DNA of 64,000 nucleotides from an uncultured virus (IMG/VR IMGVR_UViG_3300027708_000052) (lineage: Duplodnaviria > Heunggongvirae > Uroviricota > Caudoviricetes): IMG/VR virus record IMGVR_UViG_3300027708_000052; one strand, 5' to 3'. A model generated the notes under the pieces. That model was not told where the DNA came from. It searched no databases and was given only the letters and a program-made list of their open reading frames with translations. This document shows positions 18,929-28,081 of this stretch, piece by piece. The translations under genes and the position numbers were made by a program. Each line of letters starts with the position of its first letter. Positions within the stretch are counted from its first letter, which is position 1.

Positions 18929-19051
18929 TTATTTATTTAATACTTTTTTAGCCCAAGAAATAACTTTAGAAACTAAAGTCTTTTTTTCTTCAACTTTTTT
19001 TGTTTTCTTAGCTCTTGAATATGTACGGTTTTTTGAATAGTTAGCCATCAT
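18929..19051 (-). CDS. 40-aa Lys-rich peptide (not in ORF track)
   Basis: MMANYSKNRTYSRAKKTKKVEEKKTLVSKVISWAKKVLNK; TAAATA just upstream; fills the intergenic gap. Confidence 0.5.
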   Translation of the reverse strand: MMANYSKNRTYSRAKKTKKVEEKKTLVSKVISWAKKVLNK

Positions 19052-19061
19052 ATATTATTTA

Positions 19062-21155
19062 TTATAAAGCTTCAATAAAGTTCATCGTTGCAACAACCCA
19101 GGCATCAGAAGCAGCTGGTGACAATTGCTTAACCATTAATACAACTTTATCAGCATCCGAGTAATCAATATTAGATCCCATGTTTAAGAAGTTTAAAGCT
19201 GTCTTTACATCTATTGTTGCATTTGAAGTAGCATAACCTCCTAAGAGTTCAATGCCTTGAGAATTAGCACCAGCTGATAAATTAACACCATTTGTTGTAT
19301 GATCAGAAGGAGTTGTATAAGCCCACTGTCTTGAACACTTACCAATATTAGTTGGTGTAGGTAATGTACCAGATAAAGTTGGATTGAGAAGTAATCTCCA
19401 AGCTACTGCACCACCATTGTTTGAACCACCAATATTATGAATATCAACAATGTTAATGTTTTGAATTTGTATATCAGCTCTTTGATATGGTTCACCAGCT
19501 CTTAGACCAACAGCTAATAAAGGATATTCATTTTTATTTCCGCCAGCTGGTGTATTATAATCCAAGAGAAGGTAGTTATCATTTTTAGCAACACCAAATC
19601 CAGGGTTTAATTCAGCTTCTGCTTCAATAGTAAATGCTGTTCCATCTAAAGTCATAGATGGAATATAATTCATTGTTTGATAATTGAAGATTTCTTTTCT
19701 CTCCATTAAAGCTGGAGCATTCTCATACTGAAGACCTAATTTATTGGAGAAATCAAAAGTATGAAGATAGGTTGGACCATCTGTACTATTTAAACCAAAA
19801 TGAACTTGTGCTGTTCTTCCACCATTAAACTCGAAGAATAAAGTGTGGGCATTATGATAAGATGTATTGACAGCTTTAGCATTAGCTGCAAAACTAGGAG
19901 CACTATTACCTGGATCAAAAATATATGTTGCTGTTAACTTATTTGTTGTGGTATTAACTGCAGCAATACCAACACATTGATTATAACCAGATGGAGTAAC
20001 ACCAGATATAGTTGCTTTAGCACCTGGTTTAATAGCTGATAAAGCACTATTGTTATAAGTGAACTCAGTATTATAGACAGTTGTAGCACCAATAGTAATA
20101 GGCCATCTATTTGTTCCAGCAGTTATAGAACCAGATAAAACTGTTGACCAGTTTTGTTGAGATAAGCCATTTCCATCGAGCTTATCATTATTGAAATTAG
20201 CTCTGTTTACTCTCTCTTCATAAAGAGTACCATCAGTCAATCTTCTGCGAACAACAACATTAAAATCAGTTCCAGATAACTCAAAGAACATACCATTAAA
20301 GTTTGTAAATGTTCCAAGTCTCTTTACAGTTCCAATATCCTGTCCATCAAAATTTACTGTTCCTGTCCATTGATGGGAAACACCTGGTCTAATCTTAAAT
20401 CTTCTTCTGCTGGCTCTAATTGCTGACCCTGTTGAACTTAATCCAGGTGTTATTGTAGCACAAGCTAAATTCTGAACAAAAACACTAGATGCACCTGGTG
20501 TTAAGGATTCAATTAATCTTAGATCTCCATCCTTATCAACAGATGATACATACCACCAGCTTTGAGATGGTAATGATACTCTCAATCTACGATTACCATC
20601 AAGTTGAGGACTATCATCAAATGTTACTAATTGTGTCCCTCCAGCAGGAGTAGTAGAAATTGAATTGGTAATTGTTACTGGTACAGCATTACCAATATCA
20701 TTAGATATTTCAATTGATGGATTAAGAATTACAGCACTAAGACTACCTGAATTAAGAATAGTAGCACTTAAATTTGTTACAGGGTTAACTGTATAGACAT
20801 TTAAAGCACTAGAGGTAATATACGCCGTTTTACCATTAGTATCACCTATTGTAATACTATCGAGAGTTGAAACTAAGTCTTGGGTTTGTACTAAGAGAGC
20901 GTAATTATTACCAGCTTGAACAACGTCAGCTACTGATGTACCATTACCATCTTGGATCTTAACATTACCAATAGTAAGATTACTAGTAGAAAGAGTTATA
21001 GTTAAATCAGAAAAATTAGTAATATAACCTGCTCGGGCGTACATCTGTCTGTTCTGATCATTCTTGATAGGTATCCAAGAATAAGTTTCAGCCATACCTA
21101 AATTATAGGTAGGTTGTCCGTTTCCCCCTGTTAAAACTGGAGTTAAAACAGCCAT
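19062..21155 (-). CDS. Virion structural protein with beta-sandwich/lectin-like C-terminal region
   Basis: RLRVSLP...RASRRRFKIRPG...KRLG-x-F...NGMFFE-x-SG pattern seen in phage structural proteins; EISNDIGNAVPV shaft motif. Confidence 0.55.
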   Translation of the reverse strand: MAVLTPVLTGGNGQPTYNLGMAETYSWIPIKNDQNRQMYARAGYITNFSDLTITLSTSNLTIGNVKIQDGNGTSVADVVQAGNNYALLVQTQDLVSTLDSITIGDTNGKTAYITSSALNVYTVNPVTNLSATILNSGSLSAVILNPSIEISNDIGNAVPVTITNSISTTPAGGTQLVTFDDSPQLDGNRRLRVSLPSQSWWYVSSVDKDGDLRLIESLTPGASSVFVQNLACATITPGLSSTGSAIRASRRRFKIRPGVSHQWTGTVNFDGQDIGTVKRLGTFTNFNGMFFELSGTDFNVVVRRRLTDGTLYEERVNRANFNNDKLDGNGLSQQNWSTVLSGSITAGTNRWPITIGATTVYNTEFTYNNSALSAIKPGAKATISGVTPSGYNQCVGIAAVNTTTNKLTATYIFDPGNSAPSFAANAKAVNTSYHNAHTLFFEFNGGRTAQVHFGLNSTDGPTYLHTFDFSNKLGLQYENAPALMERKEIFNYQTMNYIPSMTLDGTAFTIEAEAELNPGFGVAKNDNYLLLDYNTPAGGNKNEYPLLAVGLRAGEPYQRADIQIQNINIVDIHNIGGSNNGGAVAWRLLLNPTLSGTLPTPTNIGKCSRQWAYTTPSDHTTNGVNLSAGANSQGIELLGGYATSNATIDVKTALNFLNMGSNIDYSDADKVVLMVKQLSPAASDAWVVATMNFIEAL

Positions 21156-21188
21156 GTTATACGTTGTATAATATACATATGTATTATA

Positions 21189-21527
21189 TTAAGGTTTAAC
21201 CGGCCACACAACGTTTGACGGTGTATCAAATGTAATAGTAATATCTCTTAAAGCTTGACGATAATCTAACCAAGCTTGTTTATTATCTAAAGTAACATCA
21301 GGTAATACTGTCCAATCAGAAGCAGTTAATAATTCATTTCTTTTAACTCTAATATCTCCCCAGGTAGGAGCAGGAGGAGTATAAGGAACTAATTCTGCTT
21401 CTCCATTTTCTATTTCTTTTTGTATATTATCAAAATGTGGGGAGGTTTTTGAGATAGTTGTTACAACGTTATTATCGTCGTAATATTTTACAAACTGCTT
21501 TTCTGGGTAATCAATATACGTTTTCAT
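21189..21527 (-). CDS. Phage tail fibre assembly chaperone
   Basis: W-x2-IR-x-KRN-x-LL-x2-SDWT-x-LPD...W-x2-YRQALRDIT...WP-x-KP; follows a fibre gene. Confidence 0.85.
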   Translation of the reverse strand: MKTYIDYPEKQFVKYYDDNNVVTTISKTSPHFDNIQKEIENGEAELVPYTPPAPTWGDIRVKRNELLTASDWTVLPDVTLDNKQAWLDYRQALRDITITFDTPSNVVWPVKP

Positions 21528-21530
21528 ATT

Positions 21531-22922
21531 TTAAAGTTCTGCGTTAAGCATTGTATTATTAAATACCACAGCAAATACACCAGGGTTTATAGTAGAATTT
21601 GCATATACAAAAAGTCTATCTTTGCTACTACCGGTTACAAGGTCGTATATCGATGAGTAAGCATGCGTACCTATTGTATAACTAACAGCTGGTGAGATTC
21701 TCATTACTACTGGTAGTAATATTGTATATTCAGAAGCTGTACCGACATTAGTGTAACCTTGTATAGATATATTATCTGCATAATACTGAAAATATCTTTG
21801 ACAAAGAGCTAATTCTGTTTGAATTGGACGGTACTCAAAAGGTGTAGCAACTGAACCGGTTTCGAATTGAACACCTGTAGTCTGCCAGGTTGCACCGGTA
21901 TTTGACCAGAGATTAACTGATCCTGGAACGTTGGTTGAAGACCCACCAGGTATAATACTAAACCATGTATTAGTGTTATTATTAATTATATCTGTTCTAT
22001 TACCTAAAAAATAATCAATTCTAAGACCACCTAAACTAGTATCTGTCCAGTTACCTGATGTAGGCCCAGGTATTATAATTGTTTTGTACTCCCAGGTATT
22101 GATGGTATTAATTGTGTATGTCGTTAAATACCCTATTCCGGATCCTGCATCTCCTTTGTTATTACTAATAAGAATAGGGTAATTACCAGCAACACTCGAT
22201 TTAACCCAAAATGAAAGAGTGCATGTTTTAGCATTTGTTGTACCCCATGCTAAATCATACATATTTAATCCTTCTACTATTTGTACAAACGACTTACCAA
22301 CGTCACCGGTTGTAACAGTAGCAGCTGTCTGCACGGTTACTTTTGCGGAATATGCAAATCCGGATGGACCGTCTTGTACTTGTTGAGACTTCCAAGTGCC
22401 ATCTGTTGTGTTACCCGATCCACCAAAACGAAACCTATCAACAATATAGTTCGTACTTGCTCGTGTCCAGGTTTGTTGAACACCAGCATATCTTTGATCA
22501 ATACGCATATCCCCATTGATAATTTTATTTTTAAAAGAAAAATTAGTATTTGGTGTAAGCGCTGAAAGCGCAATTTTAAAGAGAGACGGAAAACCTCCAT
22601 TATAATCCCATAACAATAATTCACTACTATTTGACGGGTTTGTAATAAATGTTTTATTATGTATAGCAGTAGGTAATAAATTTGCCGATAAAGCTTGTGT
22701 AGATGTACTAAAAGTTAAATTAATATCATCAGTATCAAAATAAGTTAAAGGTATATTTTGTTGTATACCTGCTACAGCGTTATCTAGTATTAATAAATCA
22801 TTATTAATGGTAACTAAAGAATCTCCAATACATTGAGTTCCAGGAATAGGGTTAGAATTAGTCGTATTACCTGTACCTGTATTAGGTGTAGAACCGTTTA
22901 TATAGTAATAAATGTTAGACAT
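21531..22922 (-). CDS. Tail fibre / receptor-binding protein
   Basis: CIGDSLVTINND anchor; NKIINGDMRIDQR...TLSFWVKS...GVQFETGSVATPFEYRP...ELALCQRYF domain; chaperone downstream. Confidence 0.75.
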   Translation of the reverse strand: MSNIYYYINGSTPNTGTGNTTNSNPIPGTQCIGDSLVTINNDLLILDNAVAGIQQNIPLTYFDTDDINLTFSTSTQALSANLLPTAIHNKTFITNPSNSSELLLWDYNGGFPSLFKIALSALTPNTNFSFKNKIINGDMRIDQRYAGVQQTWTRASTNYIVDRFRFGGSGNTTDGTWKSQQVQDGPSGFAYSAKVTVQTAATVTTGDVGKSFVQIVEGLNMYDLAWGTTNAKTCTLSFWVKSSVAGNYPILISNNKGDAGSGIGYLTTYTINTINTWEYKTIIIPGPTSGNWTDTSLGGLRIDYFLGNRTDIINNNTNTWFSIIPGGSSTNVPGSVNLWSNTGATWQTTGVQFETGSVATPFEYRPIQTELALCQRYFQYYADNISIQGYTNVGTASEYTILLPVVMRISPAVSYTIGTHAYSSIYDLVTGSSKDRLFVYANSTINPGVFAVVFNNTMLNAEL

Positions 22923-22929
22923 ATGTTAA

Positions 22930-24102
22930 TTAAATTTTATTAATGCTTCCTGTAGTACCGTAGCTATGTCTACCACCGGGGACGGTTCCGCTGCCTGTAA
23001 TACTACTTTGTACATTACCGGCCTCATATTGATAGTAAAAATTACCACCACCATAAGAGAATGCCATAGATTGTATAAAATGATAGCCTTCTGCTAATAC
23101 GAAATTAGAATTATGTACAATCATTCCTTGAGATTCAGATACAAATTGACCTTGTTGATGACAATCAGATACTAACGGTTTATCAATTTCTTCAATATCA
23201 GCTACGTGAGTTAAATAACACCATCCACCGCTAGACCAGTGACTCTGATACAGACTTAATTCAACAGGGTCCCCGGTTATAAAGCTTACTCTATAATTAA
23301 TATTACTAGTGTTATTACCACCTGCAATCCAATCACTATTAAAATTTAACATAGGTCCGTTTTTACTTCCAATGTCACCACCGAGAACAGTCCAATGACT
23401 ATCACTAAAAATACTAAAAGCAGATGGATATTGGTTTTGAGCGTTCCAAAGATAAAATTTAGGAGCTGATCCTCCAGTAAGCCATGTTCTACCAAAGCTA
23501 ATTTCTGTAGTAATATTACCAGTGTTACCTGTTGTTCTTAAACAACCGATAAAACGCTTACTTAAATCATTTTTAAATACTCTAACACCTGCTAACATAG
23601 TACGAAGATTAGCACCACTAGGAATAATAGGTACAGTGTTTTTAGTTCCTGATGATTTAACTTTATAATCAAAACCAGTTACACTTTTCCAATCTACAAA
23701 AGAGAGACTAAAACTAGTACTAATACTATCATACGATAGATAAATGTCGTAATTAGCATCAGGACGTAACCCGTAATTATTTAAATTAAAGGCAAGAATT
23801 TTTGGTAATAATTGTATCTGCCAAGTAGATGTTCTTGTGTTGTATAGTCCAACAGCATTACCTTGAAACGGATGTAAATAAATTGTATTAATACCTATCT
23901 TATCACTTGTAACTATAGGTAAGTTAGGGTCAAGAGAAAGTCTTAAACAAGCAAAAGGAGAAGCAAAATTTGTCGTAACGTTATCTATTAAACTATTTGA
24001 ATTTAATAAACCTTTATTAAGGTTACTAAAATTATCATTAATTTTTATTAATGAATCTCCAATACATTCAGTATCGTATATAGGTAATACGTAGTTAGCC
24101 AT
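22930..24102 (-). CDS. Tail fibre / receptor-binding protein
   Basis: ECIGDSLIKINDNF anchor; RLSL...IYLHPFQG...YDIYL...RFIGCLRT phage fibre-like domain. Confidence 0.65.
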   Translation of the reverse strand: MANYVLPIYDTECIGDSLIKINDNFSNLNKGLLNSNSLIDNVTTNFASPFACLRLSLDPNLPIVTSDKIGINTIYLHPFQGNAVGLYNTRTSTWQIQLLPKILAFNLNNYGLRPDANYDIYLSYDSISTSFSLSFVDWKSVTGFDYKVKSSGTKNTVPIIPSGANLRTMLAGVRVFKNDLSKRFIGCLRTTGNTGNITTEISFGRTWLTGGSAPKFYLWNAQNQYPSAFSIFSDSHWTVLGGDIGSKNGPMLNFNSDWIAGGNNTSNINYRVSFITGDPVELSLYQSHWSSGGWCYLTHVADIEEIDKPLVSDCHQQGQFVSESQGMIVHNSNFVLAEGYHFIQSMAFSYGGGNFYYQYEAGNVQSSITGSGTVPGGRHSYGTTGSINKI

Positions 24103-24120
24103 TATATTTTATTTAAGCTT

Positions 24121-24155
24121 AAAAAGAAAGCCTTTCAAGCTAATGAAAGGCTTTC
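24121..24155 (-). terminator. Rho-independent terminator
   Basis: 12-bp inverted repeat gaaagcctttca/tgaaaggctttc (24126-24155) followed by a T5 run on the minus strand. Confidence 0.85.
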
Positions 24156-24178
24156 CTAATTTATTAATGTAATGTATC

Positions 24179-24556
24179 TTAGATATACTCTAAGGTACGA
24201 AGTCTACGTTCTGTCTGTCCCCAAGCATTAAAACCATTAGCAGATAATACAGCGGTCTGTAAGTTGTTTGCTGCACTAAGTAGCTTGATGCCAAAAGAAG
24301 TACGATCAGGTAATATACCGTAAATTACAGTATTATGATAAGCTCTATCCCAGAAAAAACTAGCGGTACCTGATGATAAGCCTGTCCCAGCAGTATTTAT
24401 AAATGATGCAGAAACAATTTGGGTAGTTGTTAATGCTACTGGAGGGTCGTTATAAACTAATCTAAAAGCAGAATTACTTGCTGCAGAAAGACAGATACCA
24501 TTAGTAAATGAATATAACGGACCGATGGGTTCTTCGTATTTGTAAACTGTTGCCAT
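24179..24556 (-). CDS. Small protein after the major capsid gene; candidate capsid decoration protein
   Basis: 125 aa, own TAAATA (24563-24568), bracketed by two terminators. Confidence 0.5.
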   Translation of the reverse strand: MATVYKYEEPIGPLYSFTNGICLSAASNSAFRLVYNDPPVALTTTQIVSASFINTAGTGLSSGTASFFWDRAYHNTVIYGILPDRTSFGIKLLSAANNLQTAVLSANGFNAWGQTERRLRTLEYI

Positions 24557-24602
24557 ATATTATATTTATTCTACTTAGACGTTTTTTTTACTAATTATTT
24601 TT

Positions 24603-24638
24603 AAAAATGGGAAACCCCGTCATTTCTGACGGGGTTTC
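24603..24638 (-). terminator. Rho-independent terminator after the major capsid gene
   Basis: Perfect 12-bp stem gaaaccccgtca/tgacggggtttc with a GAAA loop on the minus strand, followed by ccatttttaa. Confidence 0.85.
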
Positions 24639-24664
24639 TTTCGTTGAGTATTTTTTGGTTAACC

Positions 24665-26134
24665 TTAGAGGTAAACTGCGACCGAACCAGGTGTGAACTG
24701 CTGACCGAGACCGGTACAGATTATCAAGTGATAATAGAGGTTCGCACCGAAGATGTGATCAACAACACCGTAACGGGTTAAGAGACCGACGCGAGGACTA
24801 AAGTCGTTCGGGCCGATTGTTCTTTGGACCATGACGGGGATGTACGGACAGTAAACAATACCGGTATCGTAGTACTCAGGACCCTTATACCCTAAGAGGG
24901 CATAATCGATCGGAGCGGTACGTGTACCACTGTATTGTGAGCCAGTTGGATTGTATCCAGTGTTGACTTCAGATTCTGTACGTGTATCACGATAGATCTG
25001 GAAACGACCACCAACAGCTCCGACCTTAGCGATGCCAACGGGTGTAGTGTTTACACTACCGGTGACGGGCTGCCAGGTGAAGTTGGGGAGGGTCTCAAGA
25101 ATGGCACAGATACGAGGTGTAGCAATAATGAAATTAGCTGCACCACGACGGTTACGAATAGCGACACGGTTTGCTTCAACAACAACGCGGTTGTAGAAGT
25201 CACGTGCACGCTCACCACTCCAACGGCCATCAGCCGAGAGAGCAGACCAGACTGAGAAACCAGTACCAGAAACACCATTACCACCAGGTCCGCCTGCATT
25301 TAAGCAGGTCTGAACCATACGCATGATCATTTCACGGTCGATTTCTGCCTGAATTTCGTAAGACATTGCGTTGGTTAATTCAGCGTCAATGTCAATACCA
25401 TTCATGTTCTTAAGATCTTGTTCGAGTTCAACAGACCACTTAGCAGCGAGACGGCGTGTGCCGGCTTCAACTGCTGTCTTCTCGAAGGAAACGGTCATTT
25501 GAGGTATGTTTGAAGTTAATTCAAACTGGCTGAGAAGCTGGGCTACGCCAGAATCTTCTACCAAGTTACCCCAATAAGCACCAGTTGTATCACCAGAGAG
25601 GAAAGCGCTAGAAGTACCAGTGAACGCAGTGTTCAGGTAATTATAGCCAACTTCCTTACCGCTAGAGGACTGCTGAGGACCACCAACATAAGTGCTGGTT
25701 AGGTTACCGTCGCCGCCCTGTCCGAGAGGTGAACCCTCGTACTTATAGCGCATGGCGAATGCAAGTCCAACAGGTCCGGTCATGGGCTGTACACCAACGA
25801 TCTCATTTGTGATGAGTTCGGGGAATGTACGGCGGATCATGGGGATAAGGACCTTAGGAAGACGAGCATCACCCTTGGCGTAGGTGTCAGCGCTGAACTG
25901 ATTAGCGGTATTTGTACCGCCACCAGCGTAGCTGTTGGCACCGAAAACGCCACCGGAGTTAGTGTTATTAGCTTCAAAGCACCACTTCTCCTGGTTTTCC
26001 AAGAGGATGGCGGTGTTTAGACGGGTGTTTTCGTTCGAGATAGCAGAAACCTTGTCAGAAGAGTAGTCCAATACTGGTGCCCACTTTTCGACGAGGGTTT
26101 CGGCCTTGTCTTTATTGATATGAAAAAGTTCCAT
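24665..26134 (-). CDS. gp23: T4-like major capsid protein
   Basis: EKWAPVLD, LLENQ, IVGVQPMTGPVGLAFAMRY, VEAGTRRLAAKWSVELEQDLKNMNGID, EIDRE, GYKG, YCPYIP, TRYG motifs. Confidence 0.97.
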   Translation of the reverse strand: MELFHINKDKAETLVEKWAPVLDYSSDKVSAISNENTRLNTAILLENQEKWCFEANNTNSGGVFGANSYAGGGTNTANQFSADTYAKGDARLPKVLIPMIRRTFPELITNEIVGVQPMTGPVGLAFAMRYKYEGSPLGQGGDGNLTSTYVGGPQQSSSGKEVGYNYLNTAFTGTSSAFLSGDTTGAYWGNLVEDSGVAQLLSQFELTSNIPQMTVSFEKTAVEAGTRRLAAKWSVELEQDLKNMNGIDIDAELTNAMSYEIQAEIDREMIMRMVQTCLNAGGPGGNGVSGTGFSVWSALSADGRWSGERARDFYNRVVVEANRVAIRNRRGAANFIIATPRICAILETLPNFTWQPVTGSVNTTPVGIAKVGAVGGRFQIYRDTRTESEVNTGYNPTGSQYSGTRTAPIDYALLGYKGPEYYDTGIVYCPYIPVMVQRTIGPNDFSPRVGLLTRYGVVDHIFGANLYYHLIICTGLGQQFTPGSVAVYL

Positions 26135-26146
26135 AGTTATATTATT

Positions 26147-26158
26147 CTCCTTTATTTA
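26147..26158 (-). promoter_or_regulatory. AAGGAG Shine-Dalgarno-like site with adjacent TAAATA upstream of gp23
   Basis: Minus strand reads tttaaataaaggagaataatataactATG. Confidence 0.55.
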
Positions 26159-26196
26159 AAATAGGAATTCGACCTTGTGAGTATGAAAGATTAGAC

Positions 26197-27162
26197 TTAG
26201 TGTCTAAGACGGAGCTTAGATCCATCTAATTTCTTCATCTCATTCAGATATCCGCCAACCGCAGGTTCAGAAACCGGGGCCGGTGAAGAAATCTCTTCTT
26301 GGATAAGTTCGGTTTCAGGGCGGTCAACGGCCTCAACGATACGCTGAGCGACTCCTTCCTTCGCAACTTCTTCCTGTTCAGAGATTTCCTTCTCGAACAT
26401 CTCAACTACGTACTGATAGTTCTCTTGAATATACTCAGGGCTCTTGCCCTTGAGCAACTTATTAACGTAAGACTTGGCTGCACTTGGCAACTCCTTAGTC
26501 TTACTCTCAAGCAGGAGAGCAGATTCAGAGCGATTCAACTTATGGTTGAGCTCTGTGTTAGTCTCTAATGCTTCGTTTAATTCCTTTCTGAGGGAATCAA
26601 TTGTTCTTTTGCCATCAACGAGGGCCTCCTTGACCTCGGAATCGATGAAATTTTCATCGATAGCAACAAGCTGACGAATCTGATCAAGTGTCTTCTTAGC
26701 GCGAATATTTTCGACAGCTTCGTTCACTTGCTCAGTCGGCATAACCTTTTCCATATAAAGGTCGAGATAGTTTGATACTTCATCAACTAATCGACTACGG
26801 AAGGTTTCAGCTTCTTCATTTAAAATTGTTTTGTAATGACTAATGACTTGATTGAGCTTACCAGTGTGCTCTTCATCAATCTTAGCAAGAACTTTTTTAA
26901 GCTTAATAGCGTGATCAAAATCAATTGTCTCGACAAGCTTCTTAAGCTTAGCGGTGTGATCTGTGTCAATAGCTTCAACTAAGGACTGAAGCTTTTCAGA
27001 GTGATCTTCATCAATCTGATTGCGAATTGCTTCAACTTGAAGTTCAGTTTTTTGTTCTGCTTTTTCATTGACAGCCTGTTCAAAGGCTTCATGTACTGCT
27101 GTAAGTGTATCCTCAGTTATGAGGTCCTTAAATTGCTCTTGAAGAATTTTCTTAAAGTCCAT
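26197..27162 (-). CDS. gp22: Prohead core scaffolding protein
   Basis: Acidic coiled coil, FEQAVNEK and LVDEVSNYLDLY motifs; lies between gp21 and gp23. Confidence 0.85.
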   Translation of the reverse strand: MDFKKILQEQFKDLITEDTLTAVHEAFEQAVNEKAEQKTELQVEAIRNQIDEDHSEKLQSLVEAIDTDHTAKLKKLVETIDFDHAIKLKKVLAKIDEEHTGKLNQVISHYKTILNEEAETFRSRLVDEVSNYLDLYMEKVMPTEQVNEAVENIRAKKTLDQIRQLVAIDENFIDSEVKEALVDGKRTIDSLRKELNEALETNTELNHKLNRSESALLLESKTKELPSAAKSYVNKLLKGKSPEYIQENYQYVVEMFEKEISEQEEVAKEGVAQRIVEAVDRPETELIQEEISSPAPVSEPAVGGYLNEMKKLDGSKLRLRH

Positions 27163-27189
27163 ATTGTATATTTATTTAATCTATTTATG

Positions 27190-27333
27190 TTACTTTTCTT
27201 GGTTTATAAGGGTACGGACCTTATTTTTTATTTTTTCTGCAACTACATTCTGTAGTGCAATTTTAGCTTGAGAATAATCTTTATTAGCAAGTTGACTAAT
27301 AAAATTTTGTGTAGCTTTTTGGACTTCGTTCAT
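27190..27333 (-). CDS. 47-aa helical prohead-core-like protein (gp67-like; not in ORF track)
   Basis: MNEVQKATQNFISQLANKDYSQAKIALQNVVAEKIKNKVRTLINQEK; fills the gp21-gp22 gap. Confidence 0.6.
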   Translation of the reverse strand: MNEVQKATQNFISQLANKDYSQAKIALQNVVAEKIKNKVRTLINQEK

Positions 27334-27341
27334 AATATTAA

Positions 27342-28016
27342 TTATACCGATTTAAGCATTTTAATGAAAGACATCAACGATTCTTTTAAGAAAGCGTCAG
27401 TTTCATGTTTAGGTAAGCGACGAAGATTTTCTTCTAAAGCTTTATATGCTCTGGCTGCAGCTTCAATAATTTTACCATCTGGTGTAATCATCCATTCTTT
27501 AGATTCCATAATGGATTCAAGCATAGCAGTTTGTACAGAAGGTTGATGAACAACATCTAAGCAAATAAGATGAAAGTTAGATACTTCTTTAGCTGATGAT
27601 GTTTCGTTAACATTACCTAAAGCTCTGGAACTAATACCCATTTTAATATTATCTTGTATAAGAGACTTAAGAAGAAGACCCATTGGGGTGTTTAAAACTT
27701 GAGACTTACCGTAAAAGTAATTGTCCTTCTGTTTTAGTTCTGTAACAAGATGACAGGCATTAACAGGATTAACTTCAGTTGACTGAGGATGATTCATTTC
27801 ACCGATTGCACGACGGGATTTAACCATATCAGTAGTATAACGTTCAACTTCTTTAATCATTTCATCAAGCTTATAGATACGGCCGTTTTGATTTTTTTCT
27901 TCAGCCATTAAAAATGGTCCAGTTATAAAAAGTTTTTGTTCACCTTGACGGTTTTTTTCTTCAATTAAGAAATCAAGACCATCATGAATGTCTTCTACTA
28001 AAAATTTGAGTCCCAT
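27342..28016 (-). CDS. gp21: Prohead core protease
   Basis: NQNGRIY, GEMNHP, TPMG, GISSRALG, DVVHQPS motifs. Confidence 0.95.
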   Translation of the reverse strand: MGLKFLVEDIHDGLDFLIEEKNRQGEQKLFITGPFLMAEEKNQNGRIYKLDEMIKEVERYTTDMVKSRRAIGEMNHPQSTEVNPVNACHLVTELKQKDNYFYGKSQVLNTPMGLLLKSLIQDNIKMGISSRALGNVNETSSAKEVSNFHLICLDVVHQPSVQTAMLESIMESKEWMITPDGKIIEAAARAYKALEENLRRLPKHETDAFLKESLMSFIKMLKSV

Positions 28017-28028
28017 AGATTGTAATAT

Positions 28029-28036
28029 TATTTATA
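28029..28036 (-). promoter_or_regulatory. T4-type late promoter TATAAATA
   Basis: Exact T4 late consensus ending 12 nt before the gp21 start codon. Confidence 0.7.
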
Positions 28037-28081
28037 CAAGTATACCGTATTTTCTATACATTTTTAATAAGTATTGATAAT

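Noticed and set aside
26160..26196. T-loop-like ggtcgaattcc between gp22 and gp23 suggesting a tRNA
   Set aside because: The gap is too short and no cloverleaf can be formed.
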